Source of the DNA: Rickettsiales bacterium
GTDB lineage: Bacteria > Pseudomonadota > Alphaproteobacteria > Rickettsiales > SXRF01
Direction of reading: 5' to 3'
Assembly (NCBI GenBank): GCA_025464625.1
Contig: JAOAUZ010000001.1
Location: 462,848-526,847, forward strand
DNA: 64,000 nt
Made by a program: the position numbers and the translations under genes. The notes under the pieces are model-generated. The model was not told the origin of the DNA. It did not search any database and worked only from the letters and a program-made list of their open reading frames with translations. Below, piece by piece: positions 27,783-37,980 of this stretch (position 1 is its first letter; each line of letters starts with the position of its first letter).

Positions 27783-29957
27783 CTACGTCTGCCATCTTTC
27801 CACGCTCTGCACCACAGCTTTACTGCGCAGATTAGCTATTATATTCCCCAGATGGCGCACATCGCGCACCTCAATATCAATTAGCATTTCGAAAAAATCC
27901 ATTGAGCGGTTAGTGATTTTAAAATTACTGATATTGCCATTTTCGCGGGCAATAACGTTGGTAACTGTGGCAAGCGATGCTGTTTCGTTACTGACATTCA
28001 CCTTAATACGCCCGATATGGGAAGAATCATTTTGGTCACGCTCCCATGCCACATCTATCCAGCGCTCAGGAGCATCAGAATAATTCTCTAAAGTTTCACA
28101 ATCCATAGTGTGAATGGTTACACCTTTGCCAGTCGTAACAATCCCAACAATTCTATCACCCGGTATAGGGTGGCAGCAGCCAGCAAAATGAATTGCCATG
28201 CCTGATATAAGCCCTTTGATAGGCATTGGCGCAGAAGATTCCGATTCTTTTTTTCTGCGGAATGGCTTTGATAAACTTTCTAATACAGAAGTAACTCCGC
28301 TAGTCGTCGCGACTGGTTTCTTTTTTCCAAGAACAATCTCAAGCAGTTGTTGACGACTAATAACACCTTCACCAACTTCAGCTATTACATCTTCAACAGT
28401 TTTTTTAGCAAAATGCGGAAGATGTGGTTCGATCATTCTATCTGCAAATTCTTCACCTTCTTGTTTAAAGGTTTTGCTTAGGATAGCACGCCCAAGATTG
28501 ATATATTCTGTACGTTGTGATTCTCTGATATGCTTGCGTATTTCACTGCGCGCTTTGCCAGTTACAACAAAACGCTCCCAGCTTGGTGACGGGGTTTGCG
28601 TTTTGCTGGTGATAATTTCTACTTGGTCACCATTTTTAAGCAAGGTGCGCAGTGGAACAATACGACTATTGATCTTCGCCCCAACACAGGTATCGCCAAC
28701 TCCAGAGTGAACTCCATAAGCAAAATCAACTGGCGTTGCTCCGCGTGGGAATGCAAGAATATCCCCCTTTGGTGTAAAACAAAAAACCTGATCCTGATAC
28801 ATCTCCAGCTTGGTATTTTCTAAAAATTCTTCAGGATTATCTGAGCGTTCAAGAATTTCTAATAATTCTCGTATCCAGCGTAATTTTTTTCCGTCTTTTC
28901 CAGAATTTTCACCCTGTTTATATGACCAGTGCGCGGCAAGCCCATATTCTGCCACTTCATCCATATCATGTGAACGAATTTGGATTTCCACCCTTTGCTG
29001 CGCTGGGCCTAAAACGGAAGTATGGATAGACTGATAGCCGTTAGATTTCGGGGTTGAGATATAATCCTTGAATCTACCAGGTATAGTGTGCCACTGGGCG
29101 TGAATAACACCGAGCGCCTGATAACATTCGCCAACGTCATTAACTGATATACGAAAAGCGACAATGTCAGAAAGCTGTTCAAAAGTAATTTTTTTACTCT
29201 CCATTTTTTTCCAGATAGAAAACGGCTTTTTCTCTCTACCCTGTATTTCTGCATTGGGAAGCCCAGCTTCGGTTAGTTTTTCGCGGAGAACCTCCATAGT
29301 TTTTTCAACTTCTGCTGCTCCTTGTTCACGCAAAAATTGCATACGCGTGACGATAGATTCTCGCGCTTCTGGATATAATTCAGCAAACGCTAAATCCTGC
29401 AAATCTTCTTTGATTTTCCGCATACCGATGCGTTCGGCAAGTGCAGCATAAATTTCTAATGTTTCGCGAGCAATGCGCTGGCGTTTTTCTGGCTTTTTAA
29501 TATGCGACAATGTCTCCATATTATGCAAACGGTCAGCAAGCTTCACCAGCAACACGCGCAAGTCTTCACTCATCGCAATCAGAAGTTTACGGAAATTTTC
29601 CGCCTGCTTCATATTTTCTGATTTGCCTTCAAGGCGTGAAAGTTTTGTTACGCCATCTACTAATCCGCGAATTTCTTTACCAAAATTTGCCTCAATAGAA
29701 TCCAGCGTAACATCGGTATCTTCAACAGTGTCATGAAGGAGGGCAGTTACTATGGATGCAGCATCAAGTTTATATTGTGTAAGCTTGTAAGCCACTTCGA
29801 CAGGATGCGAAAAATATTCCTCGCCCGAAGCACGCTTCTGCGATCCATGTGCCTTCATAGAGAACACATAGGCTCTATTTATGAGGTCTTCATTCGCGTC
29901 AGGGTCATAGGATTTAACCTTTTCGACCAATTCATATTGCCTAATCATAGCTTTCAT
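27783..29957 (-). CDS. spoT: bifunctional (p)ppGpp synthetase/hydrolase
   Basis: 724 aa. HD domain LLHDTVEDT, synthetase region YQSIHTSV, TGS and ACT C-terminal domains. Confidence 0.93.
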   Translation of the reverse strand: MKAMIRQYELVEKVKSYDPDANEDLINRAYVFSMKAHGSQKRASGEEYFSHPVEVAYKLTQYKLDAASIVTALLHDTVEDTDVTLDSIEANFGKEIRGLVDGVTKLSRLEGKSENMKQAENFRKLLIAMSEDLRVLLVKLADRLHNMETLSHIKKPEKRQRIARETLEIYAALAERIGMRKIKEDLQDLAFAELYPEARESIVTRMQFLREQGAAEVEKTMEVLREKLTEAGLPNAEIQGREKKPFSIWKKMESKKITFEQLSDIVAFRISVNDVGECYQALGVIHAQWHTIPGRFKDYISTPKSNGYQSIHTSVLGPAQQRVEIQIRSHDMDEVAEYGLAAHWSYKQGENSGKDGKKLRWIRELLEILERSDNPEEFLENTKLEMYQDQVFCFTPKGDILAFPRGATPVDFAYGVHSGVGDTCVGAKINSRIVPLRTLLKNGDQVEIITSKTQTPSPSWERFVVTGKARSEIRKHIRESQRTEYINLGRAILSKTFKQEGEEFADRMIEPHLPHFAKKTVEDVIAEVGEGVISRQQLLEIVLGKKKPVATTSGVTSVLESLSKPFRRKKESESSAPMPIKGLISGMAIHFAGCCHPIPGDRIVGIVTTGKGVTIHTMDCETLENYSDAPERWIDVAWERDQNDSSHIGRIKVNVSNETASLATVTNVIARENGNISNFKITNRSMDFFEMLIDIEVRDVRHLGNIIANLRSKAVVQSVERWQT

Positions 29958-30153
29958 TCTACCTAATGATTGACATGTTTACAAGAAATCGCTGATATTT
30001 TTTTACCATATTGAGACTTGCAATAATCGACTTATAGGAAGATTATCTGCGCTTGTTTTGTAACTAATTTGGACAACTGATGCTTTTTTACAACAACGGT
30101 TAATGCTTTTTTAAGTAATTTCTGAATACACTCAGAAAAAGTTATATGGTTTG

Positions 30154-30162
30154 TGTTATAAT
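30154..30162 (+). promoter_or_regulatory. candidate extended -10 promoter for the cpa operon
   Basis: TGtTATAAT lies 33 nt upstream of the cpaB ATG. No good -35 element. Confidence 0.3.
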
Positions 30163-30194
30163 TTTCGTAAACAGAAACATTAGGTAATTTAAAG

Positions 30195-31187
30195 ATGTCT
30201 AGTCGCGCAGTTGTTATGGCTATTGTATTGGTAGTCGTGGGTTTCACGTTCATGTCTGTACGTGAATATTTTACGCGCGAGCCAGAAGTGCAACCCGTGC
30301 AGCAGGCAGCTCCGCGTATTTTAGTTGCAAAACGCAATCTAATCAGCGGAACTTTTATACAGATACAAGAGGATTTTGATTGGCAGCCAGCGCCAGAGTC
30401 AGCACAACCTTCGGCACCAACAACAGAAAATCAACCAGAAATTACAGGTGATAGTGTAGATGCCGAGCAACCTAGCTCTTCCGCTATAACTCCAACCTAT
30501 CTATATGAAGGTGCAGTTAGGGTTGAAGATTTTAATGGTGCCGTTGTCCGTCGCGCAATACGCGCTGGAGATCCAATTTTTTCTTCAATGCTAATGAAAC
30601 CAGGTGAAGGTGGCTTTATGTCTGCCGTACTTGAGCCGGGGAAACGTGCGGTTTCTATTTCAGTCAACCCTATCTCTGGGAATGCTGGTTTCGTTTCACC
30701 GGGAGATCGCGTTGATTTATTGGTTACATACCATGTAAAAAACGGGCAGAACACAGATAGTGGTCAGAACGATTCTATCAGCACCGAAACTTTTGCTCAT
30801 AATGTTCGTGTTTTGGCAGTGGATCAGTCGCTTGATAACCCAGAAAACAAGGCTATTCTTGCTAAAACCATCACTGTAGAAGTTACGCCAGTTCAGGCAG
30901 AAAAAATTTCCGTGGCATCTGAAATGGGAAAAATATCTTTGGCACTAGTTAGTATTGCTACGACAGAATCAAAAGCTGAGACACCAGCTGGTACTACACA
31001 GGGCGAAGCAATTGCAATTTCTGATATTACCAAACAACCAACAGAAACCACGAATGCTTTTCCGAAGAAATATACTGTTGATGGAGATGTTAGTAGTTTA
31101 TTAGGAGAAAAAGAGAGTTCTACCAGTAAAGTCCGCATAATACGCGGTGATAAGATTGAAACCCTAGAGTTTTATCAGGATAAATAA
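30195..31187 (+). CDS. cpaB: Flp pilus assembly protein CpaB/RcpC
   Basis: 330 aa. N-terminal TM segment, SAF-type region ILVAKRNLISG, and PGDRVDLLVTY. First gene of the operon. Confidence 0.88.
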   Translation: MSSRAVVMAIVLVVVGFTFMSVREYFTREPEVQPVQQAAPRILVAKRNLISGTFIQIQEDFDWQPAPESAQPSAPTTENQPEITGDSVDAEQPSSSAITPTYLYEGAVRVEDFNGAVVRRAIRAGDPIFSSMLMKPGEGGFMSAVLEPGKRAVSISVNPISGNAGFVSPGDRVDLLVTYHVKNGQNTDSGQNDSISTETFAHNVRVLAVDQSLDNPENKAILAKTITVEVTPVQAEKISVASEMGKISLALVSIATTESKAETPAGTTQGEAIAISDITKQPTETTNAFPKKYTVDGDVSSLLGEKESSTSKVRIIRGDKIETLEFYQDK

Positions 31188-32581
31188 TGAAAAAATATAT
31201 TTTTTTAGTTACTTTTATAGTCAATTTAGTGTGTCAGTTTAGTGCTGCATATGCTGATTCTTTGGTAAAAGTTGAAATTAACAAAGGTAAGATGATTAAA
31301 TTTTCTGCGTCAGCAACCTCTGTTGTTGTTGCCGATCCTACTACCGCTGACGTACAGATTGTCTCTCCTAAAATGATTTTTGTTTACGGTAAAAAGATTG
31401 GTGAGACATCAATTTCAGCTGTTGGTGAAAATGATGAACCAGTATTCCAAGGTACCGTTAACGTAACTCATAATTTAAGCAGCCTTGAGCGCACTGTTAA
31501 ACGTGTTGCGCCAAATGCGAATGTTGCCTTTAAAACAGTCGATGGTGGTTTGGTAATAGATGGCTCTACAGCCTCAGTTCAAGAATCAGAAAATATCCGC
31601 AGCGTTGCTGCTGCCTTCGTTGGCACAACCGATAAAGTAGTCAATATGATGACCACTGGCGGTGGAGATCAGGTGAATCTACAAGTAAAAATCGTTGAGA
31701 TGGCGCGTACTGATTTAAAAAAATTAGGTGTTAATCTTCAGGCATCTTTAACTGGCGGAGGAATTGTATCGCAGGTAGTTAATGGTGCAGTGGCAGCAAC
31801 AACTATTAATTCTGCGAGGGCAGGGGCGACTAATTTGCAAAGCACTTTAACAGGTGGAAGCGGAAGTTTAAGCAGTTTAGTAGAAGCATTGGAGACTCAA
31901 GGTCTAGCTACTGTTCTTGCAGAGCCAAGCCTAACAACATCTACTGGGAAACCAGCCAGTTTCCTAGCTGGTGGACAATATCCTATTCCTGTAGCTGGTG
32001 CTGACGGAACGGTCACCGTACAATATCAACCGTTCGGTGTTAGTCTGAATTTCACACCAGTGGTAATGTCTAACGATCGTATAAGTGTTTTGGTGAATCC
32101 AGAAGTTAGTACGCTGAATTTCTCTAACCCTATTCAAGTTGCTGGTTTCACTTATCCAATTCTAGATACGCGCAAAGCACAGGCAACAGTTGAACTTGGT
32201 AGTGGTCAAACCTTTGTGCTTGCTGGCTTGCTAAGAAATGATACCAGCAACAATATCAGCAAACTTCCGGGGGCGGGTGATGTTCCTATTCTTGGTGCAT
32301 TGTTCCGTTCACAAAGCTTTCAAAACAATCAAACAGAGTTAGTTATTTTGGTAACTCCTTATGTGGTACATCCAGTTTCAGAAGCTAAAAAAGTGCAAAC
32401 TCCAATTGATGGCTTTAAACCACCGAGTGATTTTGAACGCTTAACTCTTGGTAGCCTATACCAGCAGCAAGATATGCCTGAAAAAGAAACTGAAACAAAG
32501 GGTACCCAGTTGGAAAAACTTTCTCCAAGTGCTGGCGGTGGTGCCAAGTTAAATGGTGAAAACGGATTTATTCTGGAGTAG
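31187..32581 (+). CDS. cpaC: Tad secretin CpaC/RcpA
   Basis: 464 aa. Signal peptide, BON-like N-terminus, secretin core LAEPSLTT...GGQYPIPV...LPGAGDVPILGALFRS...ELVILVTP. Confidence 0.92.
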   Translation: MKKYIFLVTFIVNLVCQFSAAYADSLVKVEINKGKMIKFSASATSVVVADPTTADVQIVSPKMIFVYGKKIGETSISAVGENDEPVFQGTVNVTHNLSSLERTVKRVAPNANVAFKTVDGGLVIDGSTASVQESENIRSVAAAFVGTTDKVVNMMTTGGGDQVNLQVKIVEMARTDLKKLGVNLQASLTGGGIVSQVVNGAVAATTINSARAGATNLQSTLTGGSGSLSSLVEALETQGLATVLAEPSLTTSTGKPASFLAGGQYPIPVAGADGTVTVQYQPFGVSLNFTPVVMSNDRISVLVNPEVSTLNFSNPIQVAGFTYPILDTRKAQATVELGSGQTFVLAGLLRNDTSNNISKLPGAGDVPILGALFRSQSFQNNQTELVILVTPYVVHPVSEAKKVQTPIDGFKPPSDFERLTLGSLYQQQDMPEKETETKGTQLEKLSPSAGGGAKLNGENGFILE

Positions 32582-32587
32582 ATAATT

Positions 32588-33259
32588 ATGGTAAAAATTT
32601 TTCAATTCAAATCTTTGGCGTTGTATGCCTTTGTTTTTTCGACACTTTCAGCTTGCACGCAAAGATTTGACCTACAAGGTCATGACCCGCAGGAATATTA
32701 TGCTGCTCATCCGATAGAAAATAAGGTTGAAACACGCCACGCTATTCTCAGAATCAAATTCGATGATAAAGCAAAAAAAATATCTGAAAGCGATGCTGAT
32801 GCAATTCGCAATGGCTTAAAAAACATCAATCTCCATGCCATTGATAATATCTCTATCCACACTAGCGTGGGAATGGCTTATAAAAACCCGCGCGTTGGTA
32901 GTATCAAGGAGATATTGCGTAAGGCTGGTTATCTTTCAACTGTGACTGTTGCAACTCAGGATAAAATTGATAACGACAAAGCTGTATTGGACATCACCTT
33001 TGCAGATGTTGTTTCTCCTGATTGCCCAGACTGGAAACGCTCGCCTATAACGACATACGGCAATATGACACCTGCAAATTACTCTTGCGCTGCTACAGTA
33101 AATCTTGGTTTGATGGTCGATAATCCTCGTGATTTAGTACGCGGTCAGGACTCAAGAATTAATTATACTGAGCGTGGAAGCAAGATTCTAAGCGATTATC
33201 ATGATGGTGTAGAATCTTCTTCTTCTGGTATAGCCACTGCATCCACTCCCGCCCAGTAA
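32588..33259 (+). CDS. cpaD: pilus assembly lipoprotein CpaD
   Basis: 223 aa. Lipobox LSAC. CPDW...NYSCAATVNLGLMVDNPRDLVRG is typical of the CpaD family. Confidence 0.8.
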   Translation: MVKIFQFKSLALYAFVFSTLSACTQRFDLQGHDPQEYYAAHPIENKVETRHAILRIKFDDKAKKISESDADAIRNGLKNINLHAIDNISIHTSVGMAYKNPRVGSIKEILRKAGYLSTVTVATQDKIDNDKAVLDITFADVVSPDCPDWKRSPITTYGNMTPANYSCAATVNLGLMVDNPRDLVRGQDSRINYTERGSKILSDYHDGVESSSSGIATASTPAQ

Positions 33260-33278
33260 TATACGATGTATTTAAACT

Positions 33279-34487
33279 ATGGAACACCAAAACGACATTA
33301 CTAAAAAACCAAAATTTTTCGCCTTCGCACAGGATGGCGCAGATAGAAATGTAATAAAAGAATTTGCCACAGGGCAGGGTTGGAACGATTCCATTATATT
33401 ACAAGGTGATATAGGGACGGCAGCTGAATATTTAAAAGGGCATCAATCCCCAGTATTATTATTGGTAGAAATTCCGTCTGCGGAAGCTGCCCCTGCTTTG
33501 CTTGATGCATTAGCAAACGTGTGTGATCCAGACACCAAGGTTATTATCATAGGGACGGTCAATGAATATAGTTTTTATTGCTGGCTAATGAATATTGGTA
33601 TCTTCAGCTATTTGCTACGCCCATTAACAAAAGAAATGTTGGATAATGCCTATAAAAAATCTATTGAAAAATCCGCACCGACCGCCGTCTTAGAAAAAGA
33701 ACCTACCAAGGTGATAGCTGTTATTGGCGCAAGAGGAGGAGTTGGAGCATCTACTATTGCTCTTAATCTTTCGGGAATTTTTGCTGAACATTCTGATAAA
33801 AAAATTGCTTTGGTAGATCTTGACCCAAAACAAGGGACTTTATCTCTTGTTCTTGATTTAGAACCAGCACGCGGTCTGCGCGATGCGTTGGAAAAACCAG
33901 ACCGTATTGATCCGCTCTTTATCGATCGGGTTATGAGTAACCCGCATAAAAACCTTTGGGTGTTAAGTGCAGAAGAACCCCTTAAAGAGAATATTCAAAT
34001 AAGTGAATTTACCGCTGAAGCATTAATGAGAGAGTTATGCAATAAATATGATGTTGTTGTCCTTGATGTTCCTTGTCATATCACACAGTTCAGTAGTGAG
34101 TGCATAAAAAAAGCTCATAATATTCTGTTGGTTGCTGATTTATCACTGCCATCACTTCGCGATACTTTGCGTATTAGTGATGTTATTGTTGATAGCTTCA
34201 AAATGTCACCGCCAATGGTAATTGCAAATCGTGTTGGATCCGCACCCAAAAATGAAATGAGCGTTGCCGATTTTGAGAAGGGTGTTACTGCAAAAATTGC
34301 AGAAAAAATTGTCTATAATACAGAAATTTTTATGTATATAGGAAGTGATATTCCTTCAATTGCGCACGCTAAAAATGCTGCTGTAAAACCGCTTTATTCT
34401 ATAGCTCAACAATTAATGCCTAGTATTGCGCTAGAAGAAAAACCAAAAGAAAAAAGCTTGCTTGGTTTCATGAAGAAAAAGGGATAG
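33279..34487 (+). CDS. cpaE: CpaE/TadZ pilus localisation ATPase-like protein
   Basis: 402 aa. Receiver-like N-domain plus a MinD/ParA-type domain (IGARGGVGASTIALNL). Confidence 0.88.
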   Translation: MEHQNDITKKPKFFAFAQDGADRNVIKEFATGQGWNDSIILQGDIGTAAEYLKGHQSPVLLLVEIPSAEAAPALLDALANVCDPDTKVIIIGTVNEYSFYCWLMNIGIFSYLLRPLTKEMLDNAYKKSIEKSAPTAVLEKEPTKVIAVIGARGGVGASTIALNLSGIFAEHSDKKIALVDLDPKQGTLSLVLDLEPARGLRDALEKPDRIDPLFIDRVMSNPHKNLWVLSAEEPLKENIQISEFTAEALMRELCNKYDVVVLDVPCHITQFSSECIKKAHNILLVADLSLPSLRDTLRISDVIVDSFKMSPPMVIANRVGSAPKNEMSVADFEKGVTAKIAEKIVYNTEIFMYIGSDIPSIAHAKNAAVKPLYSIAQQLMPSIALEEKPKEKSLLGFMKKKG

Positions 34488-34491
34488 TAAT

Positions 34492-35976
34492 ATGTTTGGT
34501 CGGCGTGGTGCTAATGAACCAAATGCTTTGCCACCCTCACCAGTTCTTTCAGTAAGTGGAGAATCTGGTTCTAAAACTGTAACTGAAAAATCATCTGTTA
34601 CCCAACAACAGCCATCACCACCACCTGCAAAAAAAGATAGTAATGACTTATTGGCTGGGTCTAGTGACAGCAGCCTTGCAGCCCCGACAGCTCCAAGTAA
34701 AGTTGAAGATGAGCTGGCTGCCACTAAGGATAAAATATATAATCTGCTAATTGAACAGATAGATATTACCACATCTTCCCGCTTGCCACGCGATGAATTA
34801 AAACGCCAGATAATTGAGTTAATCGGCGAAATCGTGATGGAGCAGAAATTACCGCTGAACTATGCCGAACAGCAGCTCCTAGCCAATCAGATTGTGGATG
34901 ACATGCTTGGTTTTGGTCCTCTTGAGCCATTGCTGCGTGATGAACTGGTAACTGATATTATGGTCAATGGTCCATATCAAATTTATGTTGAACGCAAAGG
35001 TAAGCTCGAACTAACTGATGTTAAATTCCGTGATAATGCCCATGTAATGTCTATTGCCACCCGCATTGTGACAGGTGTCGGCAGACGTGTTGATGAATCC
35101 AGCCCTATATGCGATGCGCGCTTACCTGATGGTAGCCGTGTAAACGTAATTGCCCAGCCTCTTGCTATTCGTGGAACATCTATTTCTATTCGTAAATTTT
35201 CCCAGAAAAAAATTACGCTTGATAAAATGATTGATACCAAAAGTATTTCTCCGAATCTTTGCAAATTGCTTAAAATATGTGGTGCTATACGCCTTAATAT
35301 TATTATTTCTGGTGGTACAGGTTCAGGAAAAACTACCATGCTCAATGCGCTATCGCGGATGATTAGCAATGGTGAGCGTATAGTAACAATCGAGGATGCT
35401 GCGGAGTTACAGTTACAGCAACCACATGTTGTTCCGCTGGAAACTCGCATTGCCAATCTTGAAGGCGATGGTGAAATCACCATGCGTGACTTAGTAAAAA
35501 ACGCTCTGCGTATGCGCCCAGACCGTATTATTTTGGGTGAGGTGCGTGGTGGTGAAGCATTTGACTTACTGCAAGCGATGAACACAGGGCATGACGGTTC
35601 AATGGGAACACTGCACGCGAATACACCGCGTGAAGCATTAACCCGTATGGAAAATCTTATTGGTATGGCGGGTGCAAACCTTACCAGTAAAGCTGTTCGC
35701 ACACAGATAGCTGGTGCAGTGAATCTTATCGTGCAAATCAGCCGTATGCGTGATGGAGGAAGGCGCGTTACGCATGTTACTGAAATTATTGGCATGGAAG
35801 GCGATGTTATCGTAACTCAAGATTTATATACTTTTGAGTTTGAAGGTGAAGATGATACTGGTCGCCTTGTTGGTAAATTCCGTTCTAGCGGTATCAGACC
35901 AAATTTTTCTCAACAAGCTGCCTATTTTGGTTTAGAAAAACAACTTATTGAAGCGATGACTGCGGAGCCAGACTAA
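34492..35976 (+). CDS. cpaF: Tad pilus ATPase CpaF/TadA
   Basis: 494 aa. Disordered N-terminus and helical domain, then Walker [17 protein letters not shown] and [17 protein letters not shown]. Confidence 0.93.
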   Translation: MFGRRGANEPNALPPSPVLSVSGESGSKTVTEKSSVTQQQPSPPPAKKDSNDLLAGSSDSSLAAPTAPSKVEDELAATKDKIYNLLIEQIDITTSSRLPRDELKRQIIELIGEIVMEQKLPLNYAEQQLLANQIVDDMLGFGPLEPLLRDELVTDIMVNGPYQIYVERKGKLELTDVKFRDNAHVMSIATRIVTGVGRRVDESSPICDARLPDGSRVNVIAQPLAIRGTSISIRKFSQKKITLDKMIDTKSISPNLCKLLKICGAIRLNIIISGGTGSGKTTMLNALSRMISNGERIVTIEDAAELQLQQPHVVPLETRIANLEGDGEITMRDLVKNALRMRPDRIILGEVRGGEAFDLLQAMNTGHDGSMGTLHANTPREALTRMENLIGMAGANLTSKAVRTQIAGAVNLIVQISRMRDGGRRVTHVTEIIGMEGDVIVTQDLYTFEFEGEDDTGRLVGKFRSSGIRPNFSQQAAYFGLEKQLIEAMTAEPD

Positions 35977-35978
35977 TC

Positions 35979-36941
35979 ATGATGACAAAAATTATGATTT
36001 TTATTGGTATTGTGCTTTTGGTGGCTTTGGCATCATCAAAAAAAATAACCGATAGTCGTGACCTAAAAAGACGTATTGATAGGATTAAACAGCGTAAATC
36101 AGTTGTTCCTAAAACTGTTCAAGATCTGTCTCTAAGGCGTAAGAAAACTGAAACCCATGATATTGCTTATTGGCTATTAAAGCCACTTCCTGATTCTAAG
36201 AAAATTGCAGTTTTGTTGGAAAATGCTGGCGTTAAGATAACGCCAAAACAATTTATTTTCCGCTGTGCGCTAATTTTTATTGGCGTTATAGTTGTAATCA
36301 GCGTTTTACTGCATAAATCCATATTATTAGCTCTGCCAGTTGCTCTAATATTTGGGGTATGGCTGCCTTTCAAAATACTAAAGAGAAAAATAAATAAACA
36401 GTCTCAGGCTTTTCTACGTTCTTTTCCAGAAGCTATTGATTTAATTGTGCGTGGTTTGCGCTCAGGGCTTCCTGTCGGTGAGTCGGTAGTGCAGGTATCG
36501 ACTGAGCTACCAGAGCCAATTAGCAGTGTTTTTACCAATATTGCCAACACCATGAAACTTGGAGTACCACTTGAAAAAGCATTGCAGGAAACAGCGAAAA
36601 AACTTGACCTCCGCGAATTTCACTTTTTCACTACCAGCATTATCCTTCAGAGAGAAACTGGCGGTAATTTGGGAGAAATTCTAAATAATTTATCAGAGGT
36701 TTTGCGCTCGCGTTTTATGATGAAAATGAAGATTCACGCGATTACTTCAGAAGCTCGCGCATCGGCGGTTATTATTGGTTCACTTCCTTTCATCGTTTCT
36801 CTGGCGGTTATGGTTCTAAGTCCTAAGTATCTTCTTCCACTTATTGATGATCCGGGTGGCAATCAAGCACTGGCTATTGCGGGTGGAATGCTTGGATTTG
36901 GTTTATGGTCAATGAACCGTATGGCGAGATTTGAGATATAA
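35979..36941 (+). CDS. tadB: Tad inner-membrane platform protein TadB
   Basis: 320 aa with a T2SSF-type domain, immediately after cpaF. Confidence 0.88.
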   Translation: MMTKIMIFIGIVLLVALASSKKITDSRDLKRRIDRIKQRKSVVPKTVQDLSLRRKKTETHDIAYWLLKPLPDSKKIAVLLENAGVKITPKQFIFRCALIFIGVIVVISVLLHKSILLALPVALIFGVWLPFKILKRKINKQSQAFLRSFPEAIDLIVRGLRSGLPVGESVVQVSTELPEPISSVFTNIANTMKLGVPLEKALQETAKKLDLREFHFFTTSIILQRETGGNLGEILNNLSEVLRSRFMMKMKIHAITSEARASAVIIGSLPFIVSLAVMVLSPKYLLPLIDDPGGNQALAIAGGMLGFGLWSMNRMARFEI

Positions 36942-36944
36942 GCC

Positions 36945-37979
36945 ATGAAAATTGAAAAAACCGATGCACTCACAGCCTTCCTGAAACACAACCTTCCGCG
37001 TGGCGTGAGCGTTGATATGTTTTATATCGCTGTAACCGTTGTGATGGTAGCAGTTTGCGCCTTTGTAATATATAAAATGGTTGGTAAAAAAACCAACAAA
37101 ATGTCTAGTCGGATTAAGGCTATTCATGAACGGCGTAAAGAGCTTTATACTGGTCTGCTTGCCAGCAAAAAACGAAAGAAGCCAGAAGGCAGCATAAATT
37201 TTATGCGCATGGTTTCAATGAAATTCCAGCTAGTTAAAAAATTGGAATTAGAACAAAGCGAAGCAATGCTTATACAGGCTGGTTTTCGTTCTAAGGATGC
37301 AATTTCTATTTTTGCTTTCATCACCCTTGTTTTACCATTTATTCTTGGGGCAATTGGTTTGGCTGTAACACAGCTTTCTACCACAGAAACTTTTAATCAG
37401 AAATTACTTGGCTATTTATGGCCAGTTTTAGGTCTATATATGGGACTAAAATTACCATGGGTTGTTCTAAGGCGCATCCGCAACAAGCGTTATCTGATGC
37501 TCCAGCGCGCACTATCTGATACTTTGGATTTATTAACTGTATGCGCTGAGGCAGGGTTAAGTGTTCCAGCGGCTATGGATAGAGTGGCGCGTGAGCTTGG
37601 CACTGCCTATCCTGAAATGGCGGAAGAACTAACGCTAACTTCAATAGAAATCAGTTTTTATCCTGAACGCAACAAAGCCTTCAACAATCTGGCTGAACGT
37701 TGTTCTCTTAAAGAAATTCGTGGGATTGTTACGGTATTGATACAAACCGAAAAATATGGAACACCAATTGCTCAAGCACTGCGTGTTCTATCGACTGAGT
37801 TCCGCCAAGCGCGGATGATGCGTGCTGAGAATAAGGCAGCAAGGCTGCCAGCGATGATGACTTTGCCAATGATTTTATTTATTCTGCCAACGGTGTTTAT
37901 AATAATTATGGCACCAGCAGTTATCAGTGCGAAGAAAAACTTTGCTACTCAAGAAAGCAATCAATCGTCTAAGAAGTAG
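36945..37979 (+). CDS. tadC: Tad inner-membrane platform protein TadC
   Basis: 344 aa, second T2SSF-type protein. Last gene of the operon. Confidence 0.88.
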   Translation: MKIEKTDALTAFLKHNLPRGVSVDMFYIAVTVVMVAVCAFVIYKMVGKKTNKMSSRIKAIHERRKELYTGLLASKKRKKPEGSINFMRMVSMKFQLVKKLELEQSEAMLIQAGFRSKDAISIFAFITLVLPFILGAIGLAVTQLSTTETFNQKLLGYLWPVLGLYMGLKLPWVVLRRIRNKRYLMLQRALSDTLDLLTVCAEAGLSVPAAMDRVARELGTAYPEMAEELTLTSIEISFYPERNKAFNNLAERCSLKEIRGIVTVLIQTEKYGTPIAQALRVLSTEFRQARMMRAENKAARLPAMMTLPMILFILPTVFIIIMAPAVISAKKNFATQESNQSSKK

Positions 37980-37980
37980 G

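Noticed and set aside
30070-30084. Sigma-54-like TGGACA-N-TGC upstream of cpaB (rpoN is in the window)
   Set aside because: The GG-to-GC spacing is one nucleotide shorter than the canonical -24/-12 spacing (TGGCAC-N5-TTGC), and the flanking bases do not match.
30032-30337. 101-aa minus-strand ORF in the spoT-cpaB spacer
   Set aside because: It overlaps the cpaB start in antisense, has no SD and has an implausible Cys/Thr-rich sequence.
34983-35795. 270-aa minus-strand ORF inside cpaF
   Set aside because: It is antisense to a gene with unmistakable ATPase motifs, and its translation is Arg/Ser/Ile-rich low complexity. The same reasoning applies to other long shadow ORFs such as 11044..11463, 18388..18816, 45488..46030, 54748..55173, 55050..55436 and 58849..59268.
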